Shown: piece by piece, positions 1 through 8,026 of the stretch
Numbering within the stretch: position 1 is the stretch's first letter
How the letters are laid out: each line of letters opens with the position of its first letter
Virus record (IMG/VR): IMGVR_UViG_3300044512_000110
Span: 1-24,666 of that record
Direction: 5' to 3' (one strand)
From: a virus
Taxonomy: Duplodnaviria > Caudoviricetes
DNA length: 24,666 nucleotides
Made by a program: the position numbers and the translations under genes
Notes under the pieces: generated by a model
What the model was told of the DNA's origin: nothing
Databases searched by the model: none
Seen by the model: only the letters and a program-made list of their open reading frames with translations

Positions 1-181
1 TAACTGCTGTGCGCGAGATAGCCTCATTTACGGTTTCCTCAAGCGCATCGAGCCGCCCAAAGAATTCAGCACTAGCGTAAATGCCACCGCCGATGGTAGA
101 TGCAAAAGTGAAGAGAATAGCAATCCAGATGCCCTTTACCTTATTACCGGCAATGTCAATTTCAATATCTTCAAGGGCCAT
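1..181 (-). CDS. Membrane-anchored, probably coiled-coil protein of unknown function (partial, runs off the left edge)
   Basis: Not in the ORF track; translated by hand from the ATG at 181: MALEDIEIDIAGNKVKGIWIAILFTFASTIGGGIYASAEFFGRLDALEETVNEAISRTAV... One hydrophobic TM-like segment is followed by a heptad-like stretch. The start overlaps the stop of the 171..1007 gene. Confidence 0.75.
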   Translation of the reverse strand, partial: MALEDIEIDIAGNKVKGIWIAILFTFASTIGGGIYASAEFFGRLDALEETVNEAISRTAV

Positions 182-1007
182 TGTTTAAGCACTCCTGTTG
201 ATCCTCCGCCCACCAGCAACCGCCTTCGGGCGACGTGAGCCAAAAGTCTTGAGTCTCAGCCTCAATCAATACTTGATCCGCTGTTACAAAGTAGTTGCCG
301 ACAGCCAGCGATTGGATTGTCGTGCCTCCATCGAATGACACCCATACAGCCTCAGTTGCTACATCAAAGAAACTAGATGCCGCCTCCGCATAAGTCACGC
401 GCAAATCTTGTGCCATCTCGTTTGCTTGCTCAAGCAGGGTGTCGTCATTTGCGACAGCCATGTATGCCGCCGCTGTTTGAATCGCGTCTTCTGTGTTATC
501 GAGTGCCGTATTGTAAGCCTCGATCTCTTCATCCTGGAGGGTGACATCGTTAGCCGCCATAAATTCTTGCAGAGCCATCGCCTCACGCTCATCAGCCGCA
601 TTCTGTGCCGCTTGTGCGCGCTCGTTTACCTCAGCCACCATGATGATTTGTTGCGCTGCTTGCACATAGGCATCAATCATTTCAGAGACGGTATCCATCG
701 CCTGATCAGCTTGATCTTGAAAGTATTGATCCGCACCGGGATCGTATGAGTAAGTCGCGTTTTGAACAGCGCTCACAGCCGCGTTATATGCGTTCGCTTG
801 CTCTTCTGTGATGTGGCCGTCTTTCGCCATGCTAGGCGCGATATAACCTTGATTGGCATAGGACTCGCCGCCCGCAATCGTCTTGATGCCAAAAGCAAAA
901 GTGTTGCGAATGCTTTGTGATGTGTTGATGAGATTATCAATCTCCGTCGCTTGCGCTGGTGCGGAAACGGCTACTAAGGCTGCCAGTATCAGACTCTTCC
1001 TCGCCAT
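171..1007 (-). CDS. Secreted/periplasmic alpha-helical protein of unknown function (278 aa)
   Basis: Sec-type signal peptide MARKSLILAALVAVSAPAQA|TE with an AXA site; Ala/Gln/Asp/Glu-rich helical core; C-terminal Cys pair (GGCWWAEDQQECL). Confidence 0.8.
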   Translation of the reverse strand: MARKSLILAALVAVSAPAQATEIDNLINTSQSIRNTFAFGIKTIAGGESYANQGYIAPSMAKDGHITEEQANAYNAAVSAVQNATYSYDPGADQYFQDQADQAMDTVSEMIDAYVQAAQQIIMVAEVNERAQAAQNAADEREAMALQEFMAANDVTLQDEEIEAYNTALDNTEDAIQTAAAYMAVANDDTLLEQANEMAQDLRVTYAEAASSFFDVATEAVWVSFDGGTTIQSLAVGNYFVTADQVLIEAETQDFWLTSPEGGCWWAEDQQECLNNGP

Positions 1008-1587
1008 TCTCTTCTACCCCCACACCTAAAATTGCACTATAAAATTCGCGGCGTTCCTCAAAATCTGAAATATAAAGCTCGGGCCTTTGCTTAATCTCAA
1101 GCAAGGCTCTCTTTCCAACCACAATCTTCCCATATTTTATAATAGGACAGGGTGTCGCCGCCATCAGCATTGCACGCCACACATCAGGGTTTTGACACAT
1201 CAGTGACACAGCAGCAATTTTCATGCCCATGTTAGACAGTGTGACGGCATTCCTGCGCCGGTTGCATTCCTCATCTTGGCGATACAGTCCACGAGAAACA
1301 CCAAAGCCCACCAGTTGCACGCCGTTAGAGACGCTCTGCAAACAAGACTCAGAGCCGCTAGACATAAGGGATGGGGCGACAGCAGTATTTGCTGGCATAC
1401 TGCGTGAACCCGCCCCGTTGTATGTTTTACTGATATTCCCGTTGTTAGAGTTAGACGTATTCAAATCCCCGTTTTGCGTGTTGCCTGGGGACTCTTCAAC
1501 GTCTATCTCAGGGATTGGATTATCTTCCGCGTAGAGCGGGAGACTAACCAAGCTAATCGCTATCAGCCACCTCTTGATAATCTTCAT
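937..1587 (-). CDS. Secreted cysteine-containing phage protein of unknown function
   Basis: ORF track gives 937..1608; the ATG at 1587 yields a signal peptide MKIIKRWLIAISLVSLPLYA|ED. This is followed by an Asn/Ser-rich linker and a four-Cys domain (SESC...GVQLVGFGVSRG...EECNRRR...GMKIAAVSLMCQ...VWRAM..AATPCP). The start codon is uncertain. Confidence 0.75.
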   Translation of the reverse strand: MKIIKRWLIAISLVSLPLYAEDNPIPEIDVEESPGNTQNGDLNTSNSNNGNISKTYNGAGSRSMPANTAVAPSLMSSGSESCLQSVSNGVQLVGFGVSRGLYRQDEECNRRRNAVTLSNMGMKIAAVSLMCQNPDVWRAMLMAATPCPIIKYGKIVVGKRALLEIKQRPELYISDFEERREFYSAILGVGVEENGEEESDTGSLSSRFRTSASDGD

Positions 1588-1798
1588 CAGTGACAGTCTC
1601 ACTTTCAAGTTCCGCTGCTAATGCGTTTGCAAATGCCTCACGCCCGAATGCAAGCTGATCCAGGTTGAACTGAGCATTAGATAACTTTCGATCAAGATCG
1701 TTGATGTGGTTTAAGAGTGCCTTTTGTCGATCAGTCATGTCCTCAACAAAATACTCTTTCTCGTTCACGGTGATTGGGGTTTTTTCATTTTTTCCCAT
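1553..1798 (-). CDS. Small coiled-coil hypothetical phage protein (81 aa)
   Basis: AGGAG Shine-Dalgarno upstream of the ATG; same strand as the operon; amphipathic helix LLNHINDLDRKLSNAQFNLDQL. Confidence 0.8.
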   Translation of the reverse strand: MGKNEKTPITVNEKEYFVEDMTDRQKALLNHINDLDRKLSNAQFNLDQLAFGREAFANALAAELESETVTDEDYQEVADSD

Positions 1799-1826
1799 CG
1801 TCGTTACTCCTAGTTGTGGTTAAGGT

Positions 1827-2078
1827 TTATGAGGCTGTATAGCCCTGTCCCGCAGTAATTGCGGAATTGGAAGCGGTCATATCTTCGCCGTCCCAATCGT
1901 CCTTGGCAACCATAAGCTCAAGGTGAGCCACGTTACGGTCAACGCAGTCTTGACGCTCTGCGGCTTCCATATCGTCGTCTTGGTTACCAGCAACGATGTC
2001 GTTGATTAGATCTACGCTATGGCCCATAGCAGTAAAGTCTTGTGTGCGCTCTTCAGCAGTTCTTGCTTCGTCAGTCAT
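1827..2078 (-). CDS. Small acidic hypothetical phage protein (83 aa), downstream of the tail fibre
   Basis: Strong RBS TAAGGAGACTATCC-ATG; collinear with the fibre module. Confidence 0.8.
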   Translation of the reverse strand: MTDEARTAEERTQDFTAMGHSVDLINDIVAGNQDDDMEAAERQDCVDRNVAHLELMVAKDDWDGEDMTASNSAITAGQGYTAS

Positions 2079-2089
2079 GGATAGTCTCC

Positions 2090-2326
2090 TTAGCTAAATA
2101 CTGCGTTGCAGATAGTCTGCACGTTAGTAGGTTCGGACGACCAGTCGTCACCTGATTGAATTACATGACGGTGATACGACTGTGAAATCACAGCACCGTC
2201 TTCAAGTACCTTAGTAGCAGTCCGTACTTGAACAGAGGTAAAGTCAACCACGTTGCCATCGTCGTCTTCTCTTTGTCCTGTGACTACTTCTACCTTGTCT
2301 GCTGTTACGCTTTTAGTTAGTGCCAT
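2090..2326 (-). CDS. Small fibre-associated protein, putative tail fibre assembly/chaperone protein (78 aa)
   Basis: RBS AAAGGAGAAAGACA-ATG; motif QVRTAT..EDG.VIS.SYHRHV; lies directly after the fibre gene. Function is inferred from position only. Confidence 0.6.
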   Translation of the reverse strand: MALTKSVTADKVEVVTGQREDDDGNVVDFTSVQVRTATKVLEDGAVISQSYHRHVIQSGDDWSSEPTNVQTICNAVFS

Positions 2327-2332
2327 TGTCTT

Positions 2333-2367
2333 TCTCCTTTAGTCCGTCTCAAGAGTCCACTTGAGAT
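2333..2367 (-). promoter_or_regulatory. Intergenic hairpin plus GGA motifs in the leader of the 78-aa gene (putative translational operator)
   Basis: Minus strand reads ATCTCAAG-TGGACT-CTTGAGAC-GGACT-AAAGGAG. There is a perfect 7-bp stem TCTCAAG/CTTGAGA (2347-2366) with GGA in the loop, and no U-tract. Confidence 0.45.
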
Positions 2368-2369
2368 AA

Positions 2370-5300
2370 TTATTGAGCAAAATACGTTGCAGTTACGTAC
2401 AGATAAGTATTACCACTTGCTAAAATATCATCTGACTCATTTGTTACGTTTATTTTTGCGTCTTTATATAAAATTATTCGTGTTGTGTTCTGTTGAACTA
2501 ACGCATACTCTGCGTTTTCTCCGCTAACCCAATTGTAATTAAATCCAATTGTGGCTGATGACTCTTCTCCAGCCACGGCCGTAAAAGGCAATCCGTTTAT
2601 ATGTAAATTACCAGAGCCTCCAGAGCGGGAGTTTGTAATAATTTTTAAAACTACAGTTACTTGGTTACCTATTTTTGTATAAGTTGCTGATTGTGTGTTA
2701 TAGCTAATTGTTGGGTTTGTTGTAGATGCTCCAAAAGAAGGCGTCCACGTCCCTTCTTCATAGTCATCCAGCGCATTGGCGGCGGCGGAATCACCGTTAA
2801 ACTTGAGGCCGTCTGAGTCGATGCGGATGACCTCGGCACGATTTGCGTAAAACTCCATTCTGTTGTTGGGGTGGTTATAACGAATGGAGCCAGCGTCATT
2901 GTTGTCGTTGTCCGCAAAGTAAACATTACCATTGTGCGTATTTTGTGAAAGTACCGTTAAACCATGAGCGCCCGAGGTGTTACCAACTTGAAGGTCATCT
3001 GCGTCGGCGTTTGCGGCGCTGGCATAGCGCCCAATTGACGCACGTCCTGAGCTGTCAACAACAAATCGAATATTACCGTCACCATCTGACAAGACGATGT
3101 GGTTGTTTGCGGTGCGGATGTCGAGGCCGCCTTGGTTGCCGTTAAAGCGACCGAGGATGGTGTTGCTACTTCCTGAGCCTAGATAGTAAGCGTCATCACC
3201 TACGAGTGTATTTCTAATCCCAGTCGTTATTCCTACGCCCGCGCCTCTACCAATACAGATGTTTTCATATCCTGTTGTAACACCAGAGCCTGCTGCCTCT
3301 CCTATCCCTATATTTTCTGTGCCAGTGGTAACGCCTTTTAGGGCATTAGTCCCAACTGCTACGTTAGTAGCGCCTGTGGTGTTTGAGCGCAACGCATCGT
3401 AACCAAGCGCTACGTTACTGTAGCCTGTCGTATTTAAGCGTAAAGAGTCATGGCCGACAGCGACGTTGCCGTATCCAGTGGTGGTTTGAGACATTGCCAG
3501 TTTGCCCACGGCAGTGTTTTCTGTAGCTGTGGTTGCGTTTAAGAGAGCTTCGCGTCCGACTGCGACGTTGCCAGATCCGGTAGTGTTAGCACGAAGCGCT
3601 TTGCTTCCTAGGGCCGTGTTTTCTGTGCCGGACGTTGTGCTGTAGCCAGATTCATAGCCAAACCAAGCATTATCATCTCCGTTTGTATTACGCCCTGCTT
3701 GGACACCAACAGCAGTGTTACTTGACATCGTAGTGCCGAGGCGTAACGCACTTGATCCGAGAGCTACGTTGTAACTACCGGTTGTTAATGCCTGAAGAGA
3801 ATCGACACCCATCGAATGGTTTTGCGTACCAGACGTTAGGTTTTGCATGGTGGTGCGGCCAATACCGATATTGAAGTCGCCAGTTACAGCCCCATACAGC
3901 GCTTGCTTACCAATAGCTATGTTAAATGAGCCTGTTGTGCCACGGTAAGCGTCGTTACCTATAGCAGTGTTATCAGCACCCGTTGAGTTGACAGCGGCCG
4001 CGTTATAACCAACCGCAGTGTTTCCCGCGGCGGTTGTGTTTGAACTAAGAGAATTGTAACCAATTCCTGTATTACTTGAGGCCGTGGTTGTCGCATCGCC
4101 AGCAAGAGATCCAACAAAGGTATTTGATGTACCTGTAGTAACTAGCTTTCCAGCATCACGACCTATCGCCGTGTTATTAGATCCAGTCGCAGAAGAAAGA
4201 GCCGCATAACCTATTGCTGTAGAGTTCCCTCCGTCTGTGATTGCATCTAAAGAGAAAGCGCCTACTGCTGTGTTCGCAAATCCAGTTGTGTTTGCCGTAA
4301 GAGCGTTATTACCGAAAGCTGTCGTATAACTAGCTGTTGTATTGTTGCGGCCCGCTTTATAGCCAAATGTCGTATTGCCTGCGCCTGTTGTATTTAAATA
4401 CAAAGATTCAAGACCAACAGCAGTGTTGTTGGAGGCGGTGGTGTTGTTTTGTAAAGATCCGTAGCCTAAAGCTGTGTTGCTACTTCCGGTTGTATTTTCA
4501 AATATAGAACCAACTCCAACCCCAGTGTTATTTGTTCCTGTGGTGTTAAGTTTTAAAGCGGCGGTTCCAAGTGCTGTTAGTCCTGCACCCGTCGTATTAG
4601 TGAATACGGCATTATTACCAACAGCGGTGTTGTTAGAGGCGGTGGTGTTTGCAGTAAGCGCTTTGTGACCAACGGCAGTATTGCTTGTTCCTGTAGTGTT
4701 TGAGGCCAACGCTGATGTACCTACCGCCACAATATCACTGGCAACGTTCACGGAGCCTGTGTTATAGCCAATCAGAACATTGTCATCTGCACTAGTTACC
4801 GCTTGTCCCGCACCTGTGCCAATACCAATGTTGCGACTACCAGTTGATACTTGTCTTAATGCCGCAAACTGTGAGCCTGAATTAAATGCACCGATTGCAA
4901 TGTTTGCGTCACCACTCGTAGCCGACACAAGTGCCTGAGCACCAATGGCAATGTTTGCTTGTCCAGACGTAATTGCCGTACCCGCTTTAAGTCCAAGTGC
5001 TGTGTTGTCAAGGCCAGTGGCGGCGGCTAATGCTTGATAACCGACTGCAACCAATCCTGAGTTGGTAGTCATTGCCGCGCCAGCATCTTGACCTACAGCA
5101 ACGTTGTAGTCACCAGAAGTAACACTGCCTAGCGCATTAAACCCAATTGCTACAGAGCCATCAGCAGTAGAAGCCGAATCCATAGCCGTAGAGCCGACAG
5201 CAACGTTTGCCGCTCCTGTGGTGCTTGATGTTAGTGCCGCATAACCGACAGCTACGTTGTTACTGACAGTCGTGGCGGCATCTAAAGCAAGTGAGCCAAC

Positions 5301-6497
5301 TGCAACGTTTTGAGTACCAGTAGTATTGGCTAACAGCGAGTTGTAGCCCACTGAAGTGTTGTGACCGCCTTCCGTGTTGCTAAATAATGCGGCGCGGCCA
5401 AGGCCCGTGTTGTGAGCGCCTGTCGTATTGGCGGTAAGTGTTAATTCTCCAAGTGCAGAGTTATAAGAACCTGTAGTGTTAGCTTCTAGCGCATCCTTAC
5501 CTATTCCGGTATTACTTACGCCGGTAGTATTTACTCTCAAGGCATTTAAACCAACAGCAGTACCATTAGAGGCAGTTGTATTGGATGAAAGCGCTTGATA
5601 ACCAACAGCCGTGCTTCCAGTAGCGGTGGTGTTTGCAGTAAGCGCGTTATAGCCAACCGCCACATTGTTATCAGCGGTAGTGCTAGAGCCAAGAGCGCCA
5701 TAACCAACAGCGACATTAAGCTGGCCCGTGGTGTTGGCGTCTAGTGTGGCATAACCAAGTGCCGTATTACCTGCGCCCGATGTGGTCGCAGTAAGAGCTA
5801 AAGCACCGACAGCAACGTTATTACTGCCCGAAGTAACACTTGCCAGAGTAGAACGACCTACGCCTACAGCGTCCGATCCTGTAAACACAGCCCCCGACAT
5901 TGCATCACGACCAATCGCAACAGCATTAGAGCCTGTAGTTAAAGCAGTAGCCGCACTGTCACCAATAGCGATATTACCTGCACCAGAAGTAATGCTGTCC
6001 AGCGCAGTATTACCCAGCGCCACGTTATCCGTACCCGTAGGATAGTTACCATCCAGCTTGATTGTGCCGCCATCGACTGACAGGTTGCCTGCGACTGTTA
6101 CGCCGTCTGTGACAGCAGTTCCCGTGATGTCAACACCCGTGTTCGTCGTGGCGAGTTTTTCTGCTCCTGCATAGAACAACGAAACTTTGTTGCCTCGTTG
6201 CATATACACATAGTTATCACCAGAGGTGCCGTCTTCGATTGTTACCGCATCTCTTGCCTGTATAACTAACTCACCAGTTCCTACTTCAGAAATGTAGCTA
6301 TTAGAACCATCATGATAGAGCTGTAAGTCGTTGCCACTTCCGAGGATGACCTTGTTGTTATCCCCGAATGACAGATCGCCCGTCATGCTATCGCCAGACG
6401 TTTCTACCTTGTCGCTGTTTAAGCCCGTGAAGTTAGCATCAACCTCGTCATTAGTTAGAGGCGAACCCTTCCCAGAGCGTGTTGTAATCGTAGTCAT
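2370..6497 (-). CDS. Long tail fibre / receptor-binding protein with beta-solenoid (YadA-head-like) repeats (1375 aa)
   Basis: N-terminal fibre anchor motif TTRSGKGSPLTNDEVDANF; dozens of ~14-aa repeats of consensus NTTGxxNTAVGxxAL; C-terminal domain beginning LDDYEEGTWTP, typical of phage fibre tips; RBS GAGG. Confidence 0.85.
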   Translation of the reverse strand: MTTITTRSGKGSPLTNDEVDANFTGLNSDKVETSGDSMTGDLSFGDNNKVILGSGNDLQLYHDGSNSYISEVGTGELVIQARDAVTIEDGTSGDNYVYMQRGNKVSLFYAGAEKLATTNTGVDITGTAVTDGVTVAGNLSVDGGTIKLDGNYPTGTDNVALGNTALDSITSGAGNIAIGDSAATALTTGSNAVAIGRDAMSGAVFTGSDAVGVGRSTLASVTSGSNNVAVGALALTATTSGAGNTALGYATLDANTTGQLNVAVGYGALGSSTTADNNVAVGYNALTANTTATGSTAVGYQALSSNTTASNGTAVGLNALRVNTTGVSNTGIGKDALEANTTGSYNSALGELTLTANTTGAHNTGLGRAALFSNTEGGHNTSVGYNSLLANTTGTQNVAVGSLALDAATTVSNNVAVGYAALTSSTTGAANVAVGSTAMDSASTADGSVAIGFNALGSVTSGDYNVAVGQDAGAAMTTNSGLVAVGYQALAAATGLDNTALGLKAGTAITSGQANIAIGAQALVSATSGDANIAIGAFNSGSQFAALRQVSTGSRNIGIGTGAGQAVTSADDNVLIGYNTGSVNVASDIVAVGTSALASNTTGTSNTAVGHKALTANTTASNNTAVGNNAVFTNTTGAGLTALGTAALKLNTTGTNNTGVGVGSIFENTTGSSNTALGYGSLQNNTTASNNTAVGLESLYLNTTGAGNTTFGYKAGRNNTTASYTTAFGNNALTANTTGFANTAVGAFSLDAITDGGNSTAIGYAALSSATGSNNTAIGRDAGKLVTTGTSNTFVGSLAGDATTTASSNTGIGYNSLSSNTTAAGNTAVGYNAAAVNSTGADNTAIGNDAYRGTTGSFNIAIGKQALYGAVTGDFNIGIGRTTMQNLTSGTQNHSMGVDSLQALTTGSYNVALGSSALRLGTTMSSNTAVGVQAGRNTNGDDNAWFGYESGYSTTSGTENTALGSKALRANTTGSGNVAVGREALLNATTATENTAVGKLAMSQTTTGYGNVAVGHDSLRLNTTGYSNVALGYDALRSNTTGATNVAVGTNALKGVTTGTENIGIGEAAGSGVTTGYENICIGRGAGVGITTGIRNTLVGDDAYYLGSGSSNTILGRFNGNQGGLDIRTANNHIVLSDGDGNIRFVVDSSGRASIGRYASAANADADDLQVGNTSGAHGLTVLSQNTHNGNVYFADNDNNDAGSIRYNHPNNRMEFYANRAEVIRIDSDGLKFNGDSAAANALDDYEEGTWTPSFGASTTNPTISYNTQSATYTKIGNQVTVVLKIITNSRSGGSGNLHINGLPFTAVAGEESSATIGFNYNWVSGENAEYALVQQNTTRIILYKDAKINVTNESDDILASGNTYLYVTATYFAQ
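3140..6030 (-). repeat. Degenerate ~42-bp (14-aa) coding tandem repeat array within the tail fibre
   Basis: Repeating NTT[GA]xxN[TV]A[VLI]GxxAL units in the translation. Exact 23-bp DNA repeat at 4639-4661 and 5623-5645; 33-bp repeat with 2 mismatches at 4413-4445 and 4617-4649. Confidence 0.9.
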
Positions 6498-6515
6498 GGT
6501 TAACCTCTTTCTAAA

Positions 6516-6962
6516 TTAGGATGCTGTTAAAGTGATAGTCCAGTTGACAGTCAGCGTATCGTCAGCCGCCTTGTTCACTACACTAAACACAGTACGGCAG
6601 AGCATAGTGCCGCCAGATGAAGCATTGAAGATGCCTGCCTCTGTTACCGCACCAGTTGCGTCACCAGCCTCGAATGAAGCCACGTATACAATCTGGTTGC
6701 TAGTAACTGTGGAAGAGTCTAATGCTTCGCGTGAGCCAAGCTGTGATCCCAGGCTAGTATCGCCAGCCGCCGCAGCGGTAGAGCCAGAACCCAACGCCAT
6801 GTGCGTCATAGCTGTCTCATCGTCTTTCATTCGATCACAGATAAAGTTCAAGCCAGTATCTACAATCAAGTTTTCAATCAGACGCTCATCTTTGATGTTG
6901 CCATCTTTGTCCCGGAGAACTAGAGCGACATCGCCTCGCAATTTCAATCCATCATTCATCAT
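6516..6962 (-). CDS. Virion structural protein, tail fibre collar/attachment-like (148 aa)
   Basis: Motifs NLIVDTG, HMALGSG, TEAGIFNASSGGTML.R.VF..VNK, TLTV.WTIT resemble phage tail-collar/fibre N-terminal domains; located in the fibre module. Confidence 0.7.
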   Translation of the reverse strand: MMNDGLKLRGDVALVLRDKDGNIKDERLIENLIVDTGLNFICDRMKDDETAMTHMALGSGSTAAAAGDTSLGSQLGSREALDSSTVTSNQIVYVASFEAGDATGAVTEAGIFNASSGGTMLCRTVFSVVNKAADDTLTVNWTITLTAS

Positions 6963-8026
6963 GTAAATGTCCTCGATGCGCCGACATAATCCTCGGCAAA
7001 GTAAGTGAAGTCACAATAACCCTGACTTCTTAGGGTTCCTGAACTCGCTGCTGAAGGTGCTTCAGTAAGCGATTTACTCATTGATTTTACATCTGAATCA
7101 ACCAATGCGCCATCATCAGACTTGACAGCACCGAAGGTTATCGTGTCTGAATCGGAGGTGCTAGGTGACTCAGTGAAGTCTCGGATATATACAACCGTTT
7201 TGGCAAACGTATCTGAGGCTGTGCCGCTATCACTTGTTGGCTTTGTAAAGCCCATAGCAGGGCTGTCATTTGCCGCTGGTGTCTCACTGAAGTTGCGGAT
7301 GAATGCAACGTCCCTGTCAAATACTTCGCCGATAGAGACGATCTCAGTGCGCGTCTTAACAAAGTCGATTTCCTGATCATCCTCAGCGGATGCCTCACCG
7401 TCTAAGTCATCAGTGACAAAGGTTTGATCGGATAGATTCTTAACGTAAGTAAACTCTTGCTCATCGCCCAAAAAGATCCTGTCGAGCCTATCGCCAACGG
7501 TATAATCCTCAAGGAAGTACGTCACATCACAATAATCTTGAGCGGTATCGCCGCCCACGTCTTTCGTAACGTCTAGGGTGTCATTGTCAGTGAATGCTGA
7601 TGAATCGGTGAATACCTTGCCCGGTGTAAGCGTCGCGTCCTCCGCAACAGATCCCGCATTGCTGAATGGCTTTGTGGCATCGAAAACGTGCGCCTCAGCA
7701 GCGCCAGGTTGTTCTGTCAGATTCTTAGCAACCGCCAAAGTTTCATCATCACTAAGCGCTGTCGCGTCTTGTGTGTTCTTTACAAAGTCCAGCGTGTCAT
7801 CATCTGATCCCGATGGTGACTCAGACAGATTCTTTGTTACATCGAGCGTGTCATTGTCAGACGTGTTTGCTGTGTCAGCGAAAAGGATGATGCGGATGAA
7901 AAAGCCAAGCAAAACCTCAGCTTTGAGTGCTTGAGCAACAACGACAGATTTTAGCGCAGACGCAACTGTATTAGCTTTGAGCGCTAATGCCGTTACCTTT
8001 GCTGAAAACCCGCCTTTTAGTCTCAC
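6959..8026 (-). CDS. Acidic repeat-containing virion/tail-associated protein (355 aa)
   Basis: GTG start overlapping the upstream stop (GTGA); ~19-aa repeats of type DxLxxxKNLSExPxxxD; duplicated motif Q.YCD.TYF.EDY. Confidence 0.7.
   Translation of the reverse strand: MRLKGGFSAKVTALALKANTVASALKSVVVAQALKAEVLLGFFIRIILFADTANTSDNDTLDVTKNLSESPSGSDDDTLDFVKNTQDATALSDDETLAVAKNLTEQPGAAEAHVFDATKPFSNAGSVAEDATLTPGKVFTDSSAFTDNDTLDVTKDVGGDTAQDYCDVTYFLEDYTVGDRLDRIFLGDEQEFTYVKNLSDQTFVTDDLDGEASAEDDQEIDFVKTRTEIVSIGEVFDRDVAFIRNFSETPAANDSPAMGFTKPTSDSGTASDTFAKTVVYIRDFTESPSTSDSDTITFGAVKSDDGALVDSDVKSMSKSLTEAPSAASSGTLRSQGYCDFTYFAEDYVGASRTFT

Noticed and set aside
1-181. Calling the left-edge TM protein a holin or i-spanin outright
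   Set aside because: Only 60 codons are visible and no endolysin or o-spanin lipobox is seen in the window; kept as a hypothesis only.
2370-2770. Possible diversity-generating retroelement target at the fibre tip
   Set aside because: I saw no second copy differing at adenines (TR/VR pair) and no reverse transcriptase in the window; one elsewhere in the genome cannot be excluded.
3140-6030. Ice-binding/antifreeze or autotransporter adhesin interpretation of the Thr/Asn-rich repeats
   Set aside because: There is no signal peptide or beta-barrel anchor and no regular TxT ladder; both termini and the context are those of a phage fibre.
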